Source of the DNA: Pachysolen tannophilus NRRL Y-2460 | Lineage: Eukaryota | Length of the DNA: 64,000 nucleotides | Assembly (NCBI GenBank): GCA_001661245.1 | Contig: KV454011.1 | Span: forward strand, 1,452,724 to 1,516,723 | Reading direction: 5' to 3' | Shown: one piece after another, positions 54,299-64,000 of the stretch | Numbering within the stretch: position 1 is the first letter of the stretch | Layout: each line of letters begins with the position of its first letter | Translations under genes and position numbers: made by a program | Notes under the pieces: model-generated | Told to the model about the DNA's origin: nothing | What the model saw: only the letters and a program-made list of their open reading frames with translations | Databases searched by the model: none

Positions 54299-54799
54299 CT
54301 GTTCGTTTGATAGAGAGGTGCCTAACAAATAAATAAACCTGTTAACATGAAACTATGAAGCATTTATTCACCTAAACGTTGTTTACTAATGTTTTCATGC
54401 AACAGCGAGATCAAAGATCTCAAATTCAAGATTAAGAACGAAAAAAAAACCTAGTTAAAATGATTAGATGAGCTCTTAATCTTCCCAAGGTCAGAAAGCA
54501 CTGAACTTCAGCAGCAAACGGATGAATGAATGGTCTGACTTAACTACCAATGTTTCTAGAAAGTATCACGCTTCTTAGTGATAAACCCTTTTCGGAAATA
54601 GTTTGTTTTTTTCTCTAATTTTTACTTCCGGTATATAATTAATAATAATTGATATCTTTTATTGTAAATACAAAGGAGAACTAACTATAATAGAAAGCGG
54701 TGCTTAATAGAATTTGTGTTTTTAATACTCTGTTATTTTGTAGACCTTATTTATTTGAAGGTAGTATATAGAATATTTGGATTTATTGTATAATAAACA

Positions 54800-55540
54800 A
54801 TGGTTAATTCAGCGAACGGAGGAGTTGCTGATAACGCTGATAAGACAACAACGACAACAACAACAACAAATAATGTGGTTGATATAAATAAACCAATTTT
54901 ATGGGAAGAGCTTCAAGAGATTGTCAGTACAAATGAGATTCAAAACTTAAGAAGAAACCCTGAAGTTAATGTGAAGTATCAAAATTTCAAAACACAATTA
55001 TCTTCTAAAAATGAATCACTTTTCAGCCATTTAATATTTGATGAATTGAAATGGGCTGATAGAAACGATTATTTGCAACACTTGACAAGCGATAAGATTA
55101 ATGATCTTCCAAAAGTTTTGAAGCTAAATCCAACTGACAAGAGGCTTTTAGCTAATGCTCTGGATATTAAAATCTTACCAAATGATTTCCCATATTTTTT
55201 TGAATCTAATGTTTGTCATTTATGCATATGGTCCAAGGTAGTTATTAAAGATGACCCGCTCAGTGGCAAGGGAGATATCTCAAGGAAGACAAGGAAAATT
55301 ATCGACAGATATGTGGAGAAAACTTTTGTTGATTACTTGGGTATTCCAAAGGAAAATATTTTATGGTTCAGAAATTGGTCTGCGTTGCAAAGCGTTAAGG
55401 CTCTTAGTCACATCCATGTTGTTATCAAAGATTTTACAACAGAAAATTATGAAAAAATAGTCATGCAAGCTGGAATTCCTATAGATTTCGATGGTAAAGA
55501 TTATGATTTATTAGAAGATGTACAAGAATATTTAAATTAG
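54800..55540 (+). CDS. DUF3605 family protein (Gig1/Htc1-like, HIT-related)
   Basis: W..L..IV..N....L.R, DIKILPNDFPYFFE..V.HLCIWSK, WFRNWSALQSVKALSHIHV. Confidence 0.85.
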   Translation: MVNSANGGVADNADKTTTTTTTTNNVVDINKPILWEELQEIVSTNEIQNLRRNPEVNVKYQNFKTQLSSKNESLFSHLIFDELKWADRNDYLQHLTSDKINDLPKVLKLNPTDKRLLANALDIKILPNDFPYFFESNVCHLCIWSKVVIKDDPLSGKGDISRKTRKIIDRYVEKTFVDYLGIPKENILWFRNWSALQSVKALSHIHVVIKDFTTENYEKIVMQAGIPIDFDGKDYDLLEDVQEYLN

Positions 55541-55681
55541 AAATACGTTTTCCATCTCTACTGTTGATCAGCGGAGTAGCGCTGTTCCATTTATTGTCTG
55601 TTAATTTTCTTTTAGAAAAGAGAATTTTTATTTTTTTATTTTTATAGATAGATATATACATATAGAAACGTGTTTGTTGTG

Positions 55682-55756
55682 TTCGCCATTCGCCATTAGC
55701 CATTCGCCATTAGCCATTAGCCATTAGCCATTCGCCATAATCGCCATAATCGCCAT
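55682..55756 (+). repeat. Imperfect heptamer tandem repeat: (TT[C/A]GCCA) x8 then (TAATCGCCA) x2
   Basis: Read directly from the sequence. Confidence 0.9.
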
Positions 55757-55856
55757 ATAATCGTCCTACCTTACACATCACATCTAGTAGTGTTATGTAA
55801 ATAATACCTTCCCGCCCTTTACCGCCCAAAATCACCCAAAAATCCCCCAAAAAATC

Positions 55857-55991
55857 CCCCTAAATTCCTTTACCAACCGGCCGCCCCTTTCGTCCCTCTC
55901 GCCTTTTCCCCCTTTCTCTTTCTCGAGTGTTCCAGAAGAAACCGGATTTTCCTTTCCCATTGTTCTTGCAGAGGTACTAAAGATCGCCCCT
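55857..55991. promoter_or_regulatory. Stress-response promoter of HSP42: four STRE (CCCCT) and one heat-shock element
   Basis: CCCCT at 55857, 55884, 55909 and 55987; TTCtcGAGtgTTCcaGAA at 55920-55937. Confidence 0.7.
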
Positions 55992-56106
55992 AATAATAAA
56001 TACCCCATGATGTCTATCTATTATATGTGATAGTACTATACTATTCGGTTTATTCAATCATTGAAATATCAATTGGAAGAAAGTGAATTAAATTGAGTTC
56101 TATAAT

Positions 56107-57657
56107 ATGAGTTATTATAATAGTGATCCAACTTTGTACGATTTGCTTGATGCATTGAACCAGCATAGGCAACAGCAATCGCAGGTACCAAGCGGTTATC
56201 CATTTGGTTCTTATTATCAGAGACCTAATTCTTACCGTGGTGCTCGTTCTGCTGGTCCAGCTGGTCTTACTCGTCCTGGTCGTCCTGGTCGTCCTGCTCC
56301 AGTTATTTCTGATGCTCGCGCTGGAAGGTTCAATCCATTATCCGGGTATTACTATCAACAGCCAAGCTATAGGGAACCGGGATTTCTCCGTCCTTATTAC
56401 TATTATGACTTGCCAGAGGGCGAAGATAATGAAGGAGAAGATGTAGATGATAATGCAGAAGGAGAAGAAGCAGAAGAGGCAGAAGGAGAAGAAGAGCATA
56501 ATGATGCAAATGACAGAGATGATGAAGGTGAAGAAGCAGGTACCAGAGAGAAGCAACTGCCAACCCGTTTAGATCCTGAGAGTGTGTTGTATAGATCATT
56601 GTATGGTGATGAGCCATATTTCCAACGTCCTCTGTCTTCCAATTATTCTGCACCTCCAAGACATCTCAGAGCTGGATACGGTGCTCCAAGGCCAGATCGT
56701 TACCAGTCTCCATTCCAACTACAGCCATCATTTGCTCCTCCAGCAAGAGTTGCTCCTCGAGAACCACCAGTTGCTAAGGCACACCCAGTTCAAAGCTTAT
56801 TGGATGTTTTGAACGCATTGTCAGGCGCAGGAGGCACTGATTATAATGATGGTTATGCGGATGAAGGATATGATGAACTTCAAGGACCTCTGGCAAGACC
56901 AAAGATTTATGCAAGACCGCAACCACCATTAGTTCCTGAAAATGATTTATTCAGGAGAGAATCGTTGCCAAAAGAGGAAACCGAGGAAAGAAGTGAAGCT
57001 AATCTGTATGCACCTTCTGGTATTGATGAATCTCAAGGATCACTTAAACAAAAAGAACCAGATTCTAGCACAGCGGATTTTAAACAGCCTTTAACAAGAC
57101 ATGAATCTTCTTCGGCTTCTTTCAGTAAACCTTCGTCTTTACGTAGAAGAACTTCAACTTTGAATTTACATGCATCTGCTCCTTCACCAGTTATTGATCT
57201 TTTACAAGTATCAAAACCACAATTGAGTACTGATTTACCATTTTCACCTCCAGTGAACGTTTATGATAGAACTAAAGATTATTTGGTCTTATTATCATTA
57301 CCAGGTGCTGATAAGTCATCATTCCATATTGATTTCCATCCAACTTCTCATGAATTGGTTGTTAGAGGCGAAATTAAAAATAAGTATCATGAAGAAGATG
57401 CTTCAAATGATGATTTTTTAAAAGTCTCTGAACAAAGATTTGGATCTTTTGAGAGAAACATCAAATTTCCAACATTACCACGTGTGAAGGATGAAGAAAT
57501 TAAAGCTTTGTATAACAATGGTTTATTGGAAATTTTTATCCCAAAAATTTTACCTCAAGAAGAAACTGAAAAGCCAAGGCCAAAGAGAAGAATTGAAATT
57601 GAAAACGTTGAAGATGAAGAATTGAAAAGAGAAGCAAACGGAGGTTTTTTAGTTTAA
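56107..57657 (+). CDS. HSP42: Small heat-shock protein Hsp42
   Basis: Y/Q/P-rich N-terminus (LYDLLDAL) and alpha-crystallin domain FSPPVNVYD...LSLPGA...IDFHPTSHEL...E.RFG.FER.IKFP.LPR..DEEIKA.Y.NGLL. Confidence 0.92.
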   Translation: MSYYNSDPTLYDLLDALNQHRQQQSQVPSGYPFGSYYQRPNSYRGARSAGPAGLTRPGRPGRPAPVISDARAGRFNPLSGYYYQQPSYREPGFLRPYYYYDLPEGEDNEGEDVDDNAEGEEAEEAEGEEEHNDANDRDDEGEEAGTREKQLPTRLDPESVLYRSLYGDEPYFQRPLSSNYSAPPRHLRAGYGAPRPDRYQSPFQLQPSFAPPARVAPREPPVAKAHPVQSLLDVLNALSGAGGTDYNDGYADEGYDELQGPLARPKIYARPQPPLVPENDLFRRESLPKEETEERSEANLYAPSGIDESQGSLKQKEPDSSTADFKQPLTRHESSSASFSKPSSLRRRTSTLNLHASAPSPVIDLLQVSKPQLSTDLPFSPPVNVYDRTKDYLVLLSLPGADKSSFHIDFHPTSHELVVRGEIKNKYHEEDASNDDFLKVSEQRFGSFERNIKFPTLPRVKDEEIKALYNNGLLEIFIPKILPQEETEKPRPKRRIEIENVEDEELKREANGGFLV

Positions 57658-57880
57658 AGTAATGATAAAATCGATCTAGTTTCTTCTTATTTGAATTCAA
57701 CAAATTCCTCATCCATTTTTTTTTTTTTGTTCTTTTATTAAAATTATTATTATCATTATTTTTTGTCTTTTTTTTTTTACAAATATATTTTTATATTAAA
57801 CCAACCTATATATGACTACAACAACAATATACAACCTGTTTACGAAAAAAAAGAAAAAGAAAAAAACTGACTGTACTCAT

Positions 57881-58480
57881 CTATTTGCTGATAACTGCTT
57901 TCAAAGTCTCATCATCAAAGATATTAGCTCCACTTTTCAATAATTTTGCCAAGAGTGGTAAAGATTTTTCTGTAAAATCTGGTTTTTTCCTCAACTCATC
58001 CACATCTTCACTGTAAGTTGAAGCCATCAAAGAAAGATAATCATTCAGTAAAGCATCTCTTTCACTTTCAATTTTTGATGAGATTTTTTCCAAATTAAGT
58101 TGGTTATTTTTAAACCCAGATTGCATCTTTTGTTGAGTTAACAACGATATTGAAGGTTGAGAATTGATATCTATTTTTTGTAATTTACTTCTTGTTTCAT
58201 CAACTATTTTCAAAGGCTGTATCTTTGTAGAAGCTTCTTCCGAATCCGAATGCATGTTAATGTCATCTATAGTTATATTATTATTATTATCTTTATCATT
58301 TTCAATATCTTGTTGAGAAGTTGTTACGTTATCTGAGTCTTTATTATTATCTGAATCATCTTCAGATGATGAAGAGGAATCTGATGAAAAATCTTCAGTT
58401 CTTCTCTTCTTTCTTCTCCTTCTCTTATTTTTTTTGCTATTACTACTGTTCACCTGTTCATCTTTCAACGCTACACCCAT
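57881..58480 (-). CDS. RSA3: Ribosome assembly protein Rsa3
   Basis: RRRRKKRRTEDFSSDSSSS and YL.LMASTY.EDVDELRKKPDFTEKSLPLLAKLL.SGANIF. Confidence 0.9.
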   Translation of the reverse strand: MGVALKDEQVNSSNSKKNKRRRRKKRRTEDFSSDSSSSSEDDSDNNKDSDNVTTSQQDIENDKDNNNNITIDDINMHSDSEEASTKIQPLKIVDETRSKLQKIDINSQPSISLLTQQKMQSGFKNNQLNLEKISSKIESERDALLNDYLSLMASTYSEDVDELRKKPDFTEKSLPLLAKLLKSGANIFDDETLKAVISK

Positions 58481-59337
58481 TATCAAAGATCAATGAAGGT
58501 CTAACCTAATGAAGTTTAACCAATAAATATTATATAAAAAAAATTTAACAATACTTTATTTAAAAAAATAAAAATAAAAAATTTTTTTTTAAGATGATGT
58601 AAAAACAAGGTGAAAAATCTATTTATCAGATAATAAAACCAACACCACAAAACTTATTAAAACATTAGATAAACGCTTTTTGATAATAAGAATAAAGCTA
58701 GATTTTAATTCTGGTCTACGTTCTAAACTTTTTCTGGTTTTTCTTTTTTAAAATAGTAATAAATAATATGCTTTACTTGAATATAGCAGTATAACCGGTA
58801 ACATCACCCATTTAATAAGTAAGTAGCTAGCTTATAAATTAAGTCAAATGGGGATCTCTTGGATGGGTTGAAGAATATAAAAGTGGATGAACTTCCTGAC
58901 GATTAGAAAAAAATAAAAAAAAAAAATTTACTCAAAATTAAGACTTCAAAAGAAAGAAATAAAGAAAAGTTCGGGATATCTTTTTTTTTTTTAGTTCCTC
59001 ATTTCCATCAAGGCATATAGATAGGACAAAATTTCATTAATTTATCTTTATAAAGATTTAAATTAAATATCATTTTAATAAATTTATATATTAGTATTAA
59101 AAGAAAAGTGAAAATACTGGAGGAAAATACTGGGAAAAGGTAGTGTTCTAAACACACAAACTCTTCAAACGGTTTTTCTTTTCTAGAATTTTTTTCTATT
59201 TAAAAAGATCAAAATTACTAATATATATATATATATCAATAATAATATTATACAATTTATTAAAAGATAAATTATATTTGATTTGAATAAATTTTCCTAT
59301 AATTTCATTTTCATTTTCATTTTCATTATTTAGGAAG

Positions 59338-59607
59338 ATGTCGACAGTTGTAGAGCATTCTGCAAAAGATGTTTTGGCTTTATACAGATCATTTTTAAGA
59401 AATGCTTCAAAATTTGGAAATTATAATTTTAGAAGTTATTTTTTAAGAAAGACAAGAGATACATTTAGAGAAAATAAAAATATAACAGATAAAGAGCAAA
59501 TTGATAAGTTTTTTAAGCAGTCACAATTGGATTTGGCAATTTTGAAAAGACAGGCTACTATTTCTCAAATGTATCATTTTGATAAGACAGTTGTTGAAAA
59601 ACTTTGA
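59338..59607 (+). CDS. ISD11: LYR-family cysteine desulfurase activator Isd11
   Basis: VLALYRSFLRNASKFGNYNFRSYFLRKTRD.FRENK...LKRQATISQMY.FDK.VVE. Confidence 0.93.
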   Translation: MSTVVEHSAKDVLALYRSFLRNASKFGNYNFRSYFLRKTRDTFRENKNITDKEQIDKFFKQSQLDLAILKRQATISQMYHFDKTVVEKL

Positions 59608-59907
59608 AAAAAAACAAACACACAATTCAATTAATATAATAGATCTGTTTAAAAAAGAGCAAAAAAAAAAAAGAATTGTTATGAAGGTATTTGTATCTCT
59701 TAGGAGAGAAGGCATCAAAAAAAAAAAGAATGATGTTGAATGAAGATAGGGTTTTGTATTTATAATTTTATCATGGTGATAAAGAGGAAATCAGATTAAA
59801 GATGTAGGAATTTCCAATTTTTTTTTTTTTTTTTATTTTCCTATACGTATCTTTGAATCTTGCTTCTTCTTTCTTTTGCTTTCGTTATTGACTATCATAT
59901 TTAAGAA

Positions 59908-60963
59908 TCATATAGGTTTTCTTTTCTTTTTTTCAACTCTTTTCTCGTATAATGATTTGTATGATGATTTCAAAGTACCGCCACTTACACCAATTTTATT
60001 TGAAATCATTGATGTTTCTATTGGAACTTTCATTACTCTTGCAGCCATATAAATTGAACCAGCAGCCACTGTTATAGGAGATTTACCTGCCAACACACCA
60101 ACATCTTTTGATTTCTTTGCTATATGCTCTGCTACATTTGCCACTTGAGGTGTCAACCCCAAGTTTGAACAATAACGGCCAATTAAATCTTCTGCAGAAG
60201 TCAATTTAGCAGGTGGAGCATTATTTTGTATAAGTCCTTCTTGAGATTTTGCTAATAAAATTTTATTTATAATTTGGAAAACTTTAAAAATCTCCTTTTC
60301 TGGTATATTTGTTAAAGACCATATTTCTTTAAAAGTACGATTCACACGAGCTTTTCTACAAGCTAAAAAAATACTTGCAGCCATTATACTTTCTTGTGAT
60401 TTACCTTTTAAAACTCTTTCATCATTAACTAATTTATAAATTTCCTTTGCACCATCAGAAACATTTTTAGTTAAATGAAATCCATCACATAAAGAAGAAA
60501 TTTTAGAATAAGCAGCTTGTAATAAATTATCTTTTTTTTCAACAATACTTTTACTTTGAGTTCTACTTAAATCCCTACTTGTTTTACCATTTTCCTTTGA
60601 ATATGAAATCATGGTCGATAACTGATCCCCATCCAATAAAGGATTGAACGCTTGGCCAACACGAGATGGATCATCTCCGTTTTGATCATCATTCGAAAAA
60701 GTTCTCCATTCAGATCTCGTATCAATTAATCTATCCTTTAATACTAAACCACAAAGACCACAAACAATATCACCCTCACTAAATCTTTCAACCAACTCTG
60801 GCGGAAACACCTTACACTCAGGACATGTTAATATAACATTTAAATTTGGTCCCATATAAACATCCTGATTACCATTTGTAGAAGACAGCGATGATGATGA
60901 TGTTGATGATGTTGATGATGAAGACGACAGTGACGACGACAGTGGCGACGTTGCAGCTGACAT
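59908..60963 (-). CDS. SUA7: Transcription factor IIB
   Basis: [42 protein letters not shown], two cyclin folds ([16 protein letters not shown]). Confidence 0.96.
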   Translation of the reverse strand: MSAATSPLSSSLSSSSSTSSTSSSSLSSTNGNQDVYMGPNLNVILTCPECKVFPPELVERFSEGDIVCGLCGLVLKDRLIDTRSEWRTFSNDDQNGDDPSRVGQAFNPLLDGDQLSTMISYSKENGKTSRDLSRTQSKSIVEKKDNLLQAAYSKISSLCDGFHLTKNVSDGAKEIYKLVNDERVLKGKSQESIMAASIFLACRKARVNRTFKEIWSLTNIPEKEIFKVFQIINKILLAKSQEGLIQNNAPPAKLTSAEDLIGRYCSNLGLTPQVANVAEHIAKKSKDVGVLAGKSPITVAAGSIYMAARVMKVPIETSMISNKIGVSGGTLKSSYKSLYEKRVEKKKRKPI

Positions 60964-61336
60964 AATCTTACTCTTACTCCAACACTTATCTATCACTAGA
61001 TCAAGCCTTTCCAGGACGGTGAATCAAACTTGACTAAGAAAATAATAGATTCACTCTACTACCTTCTCTTCTTGATTGATTAATTAAATAAACAATAAAG
61101 TGATAAAAAGAAAATTAGTAATAATTTCAACACTGGTTTAACTGTTAAATAAAGAATAAAAAAAAAAATCTTTTTTGTTTGAGATTACACTACTTTAATT
61201 CTTAATTATAATTTTTAATGTTTATGACGGCGGTTAATATATAAGAATTGTTTGATATTATTTTAATTTGTATTTATCTTATATTATATTATTGTAATTG
61301 GGGACAAAAAAATAGAGAAATTGTGGTGGTGACAAT

Positions 61337-61834
61337 ATGTCTCAGTCTGTGCAGTTTGTGTTGGTTGCAGTTTACAGTGTTTTGAAATCTGTATTTTATC
61401 ATTCAGGAAATTTGGCGATTAAGATGATTATAGAGCATCAAACGATTTCTTCTGTTGTACTTTTAGTGTTAGGAATATTGATTGCCATTTTTGTTATTAA
61501 AAATTTAATAATATTTATTTATAAGTCTGTGATACAATTGATTAAGCTACTGGTCTTGACGTTATTTTTGTTTGTTGCCATAAGTGTTTATTTCAGAGGT
61601 ATGGCTTTTTTCACAAATGATTTAGTAAAATTTTATAATTTAATAGTAAGAGATTTGAATAATGTGGAAAATGATACTGCAAGATTAGTTAAAAATGTTA
61701 ATAATTTACATTGGGAAGGAAATGATTTTCAAGGAGATATCTTGAATGAAGATTTCTTTGATTATATTTCATCTGCTGGATATTTTGATAATCTTAGAGA
61801 AATTGGAAATTATTTTGCACATGCAGAATTTTAA
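61337..61834 (+). CDS. Nuclear envelope two-TM protein, Apq12-like
   Basis: Two TM helices joined by an amphipathic linker and ending VYFRG, resembling the Apq12 family. Confidence 0.6.
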   Translation: MSQSVQFVLVAVYSVLKSVFYHSGNLAIKMIIEHQTISSVVLLVLGILIAIFVIKNLIIFIYKSVIQLIKLLVLTLFLFVAISVYFRGMAFFTNDLVKFYNLIVRDLNNVENDTARLVKNVNNLHWEGNDFQGDILNEDFFDYISSAGYFDNLREIGNYFAHAEF

Positions 61835-61896
61835 ATAATGATATTAATATAAATTAATTAAAACAAAATGTACGATTCAATTCATAGAAGAGATAT

Positions 61897-61939
<43 letters not shown>

Positions 61940-61981
61940 ACTAAAAAAAAAAAAAAAAAATAGAGAGAGATTATTTCTTAA

Positions 61982-63457
61982 TCAAGTTTTTTCAATTTCT
62001 TCAAACAATTCTTCAACTGATTTTGTGAATCTATTTGTTGCCTCGGTGATAGTTGCATGATCAGGTGGAGATGCAATAGTCAACCTAACGAAATTACAAT
62101 GTTCATCTGCTAAATTGTCGAAAGCCATATTTGGACCATGAACCACTGCAACACCATTTTCTATTGTTTTGTAAAACAAGTTTTTGGAAGTTAATTGTTT
62201 ATACTCTGCAGGTGTATATTTTGATTTATCATAGTTTATAACAACAGTGATAAACATACCTGCATCTGGATCAATGACAGTGATAAGATTTTTCTTGTAA
62301 GCGTCAGAAGCATACAAGGCATCAAGCATAACATTTCTTCTAATGATATATTCCCTTCTAACTTTAATGATCCATTCTAACCAACCATCAATCCCTCCTA
62401 AATGTTGAATCACATTATTAACTAAAAATTGAGATGGACCACTTGGAGATCTAGTTGAAATATTAGAATAATTGTTAATTGCCTTGATAAAACTTTTATT
62501 AGCAATGATATAACCTAATCTTAAACCTGGTGCAAAAACTTTTGAAAAAGTCTCAACTCTTACAACTCTTTTTGAAGTATCAATTGTTAAATAAGATGGC
62601 GCCAATTCTTTAACAAAATTGTCCACAGTGACAGGAGCATCAACATCAAACTTACCGGATTTGACATCTTTATAAGGTGGTAAAGTTAAATAACCATATG
62701 GATCATCTTCCAAGATACCAAAATCAAATTTTTCAGCCAATTTATAAATTTTCTTTCTTAATTCAAGAGGTTGAGTTAAACCTGTTGGATTTTGACCTGT
62801 AGGAATTGTATATAAAAATTTAGGTAATGGTAAACCTGGATGTAAAATTTCCCAATTTTCTAATTCATATTTTAAATGATTATAATCTAAACCTTTACCT
62901 TGAAAATCAAGTTTAATAGGAATTGGAATACCTCCACAGTTTTCAACACTTTGTAAGAAAGGTGTAAAAGTAAACTCTTCTACTAACACAACATCACCAG
63001 GATCTAAAAATAAATCACAAACTTTGTTTAATCCATTACCAGCACCATTATTAAGTACAACTTCCCAATCATTATAAGCTGGAGGATAAACTTTTTGAAC
63101 AAATTCTTTTAAAAATAAAAGTAATGGTTTCAAACCTTGAATATAAGAATATTGTAACCCATTTTTTAAATCAATAATATCATCTGGTCTATCAGTAACT
63201 TTTGGAATAATAACAGGATTTTTTGATTTTGAATCCAGTTTTAAAGTTTCAAGTTTCTTATCAGAAAAAGGTGCATCTGTCAAATGAACCGCAATAGACT
63301 CAACTGGGAAAAACCCATAATGAGGCATCCCACCACCTAAACTTAAAGGCTCAGGATGTGCCTTAATATGAGCTGGTGCTGTATTCTGAGAAAAATGACT
63401 CGAATATCTTGCGGCTGCTCTTTTGGAAATCAAATGTTCCAAATCCGAAGTCGTCAT
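61982..63457 (-). CDS. Aromatic amino acid / 2-aminoadipate aminotransferase (Aro8/Aro9 family, Aro9-like)
   Basis: LSLGGGMP..GFFP, LQYS, YTIPTGQNPTG, ILEDDPYGYL, PLP lysine motif ETFSKVFAPGLRLG. Confidence 0.92.
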   Translation of the reverse strand: MTTSDLEHLISKRAAARYSSHFSQNTAPAHIKAHPEPLSLGGGMPHYGFFPVESIAVHLTDAPFSDKKLETLKLDSKSKNPVIIPKVTDRPDDIIDLKNGLQYSYIQGLKPLLLFLKEFVQKVYPPAYNDWEVVLNNGAGNGLNKVCDLFLDPGDVVLVEEFTFTPFLQSVENCGGIPIPIKLDFQGKGLDYNHLKYELENWEILHPGLPLPKFLYTIPTGQNPTGLTQPLELRKKIYKLAEKFDFGILEDDPYGYLTLPPYKDVKSGKFDVDAPVTVDNFVKELAPSYLTIDTSKRVVRVETFSKVFAPGLRLGYIIANKSFIKAINNYSNISTRSPSGPSQFLVNNVIQHLGGIDGWLEWIIKVRREYIIRRNVMLDALYASDAYKKNLITVIDPDAGMFITVVINYDKSKYTPAEYKQLTSKNLFYKTIENGVAVVHGPNMAFDNLADEHCNFVRLTIASPPDHATITEATNRFTKSVEELFEEIEKT

Positions 63458-64000
63458 AATTTTTTTTTTCTTATTTATCCAATAAAATTTATTCCTACTA
63501 ATTTATGATATTCAACTTATACAATACTATAAATCCATGATATGATTAATATGAATAAAAAAAACTGAAACAGAAATAATCAAATAATATCAATAGCATA
63601 TATATATATATTTATATATATCAAACAAAAGTTAACAAATATTAATAACCTATGAAACCTATGGCTTAATTTCCATAACCTATTTGATCGGCAACTCTTA
63701 TCGCCGCCTAAAGTCCAGGAAAAGGCAGCTTCTCTAATCCGGAAGACTAAAAAAAAAAAAAAAAACTACTTGTGTACGCGTGTGTAAGTCCTGTTATCAA
63801 AGGCTGTTTATCCTTATCGTACCTATTTAGCTAAACCTTTAGAAACCGTAATTGTTTACGGCCACTTTTTTTTGAGGTCCTGTTTAGTGGAGTACCGCTT
63901 TCTCTTTCTTCGATATGGATAATTGCGTAGTTTGTAAGCGAGCCACCAAAGTACACACACAAATGATAAAGAGAATATCCACAGAGAATATCCCCGTGTA

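Noticed and set aside
58616..58745. Short minus-strand open stretch (RKTRKSLERRPELK...)
   Set aside because: No ATG or clear splice acceptor in frame and no recognisable family.

Overview
AT-rich, gene-dense nuclear DNA from a budding yeast (Saccharomycotina). It holds about 34 protein-coding genes, one tRNA-Ile(AAT) gene, four well-supported spliceosomal introns and one 160-nt N gap. No transposon or CRISPR was seen. Main observations: (1) An exact 1,075-bp inversion (22685..23759) breaks CDC21 (thymidylate synthase) and SGO1 (shugoshin) at once. Flipping it back restores the TS C-terminus ...IKMKMSV* and one 558-aa Sgo1, both in frame. (2) One HBS1/SKI7 gene has two in-frame alternative 3' splice sites. 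(3) In-frame CTG codons often fall at non-Leu positions, suggesting CUG reassignment; Ala is favoured (as in Pachysolen-like yeasts) but Ser is not excluded. (4) Probable draft-assembly errors: a 1-nt frameshift in RPF2 and a false duplication around the gap in the repeat-containing SWC3 gene. Gene identities come from recognised motifs and recalled homolog sequences; no database search was run.
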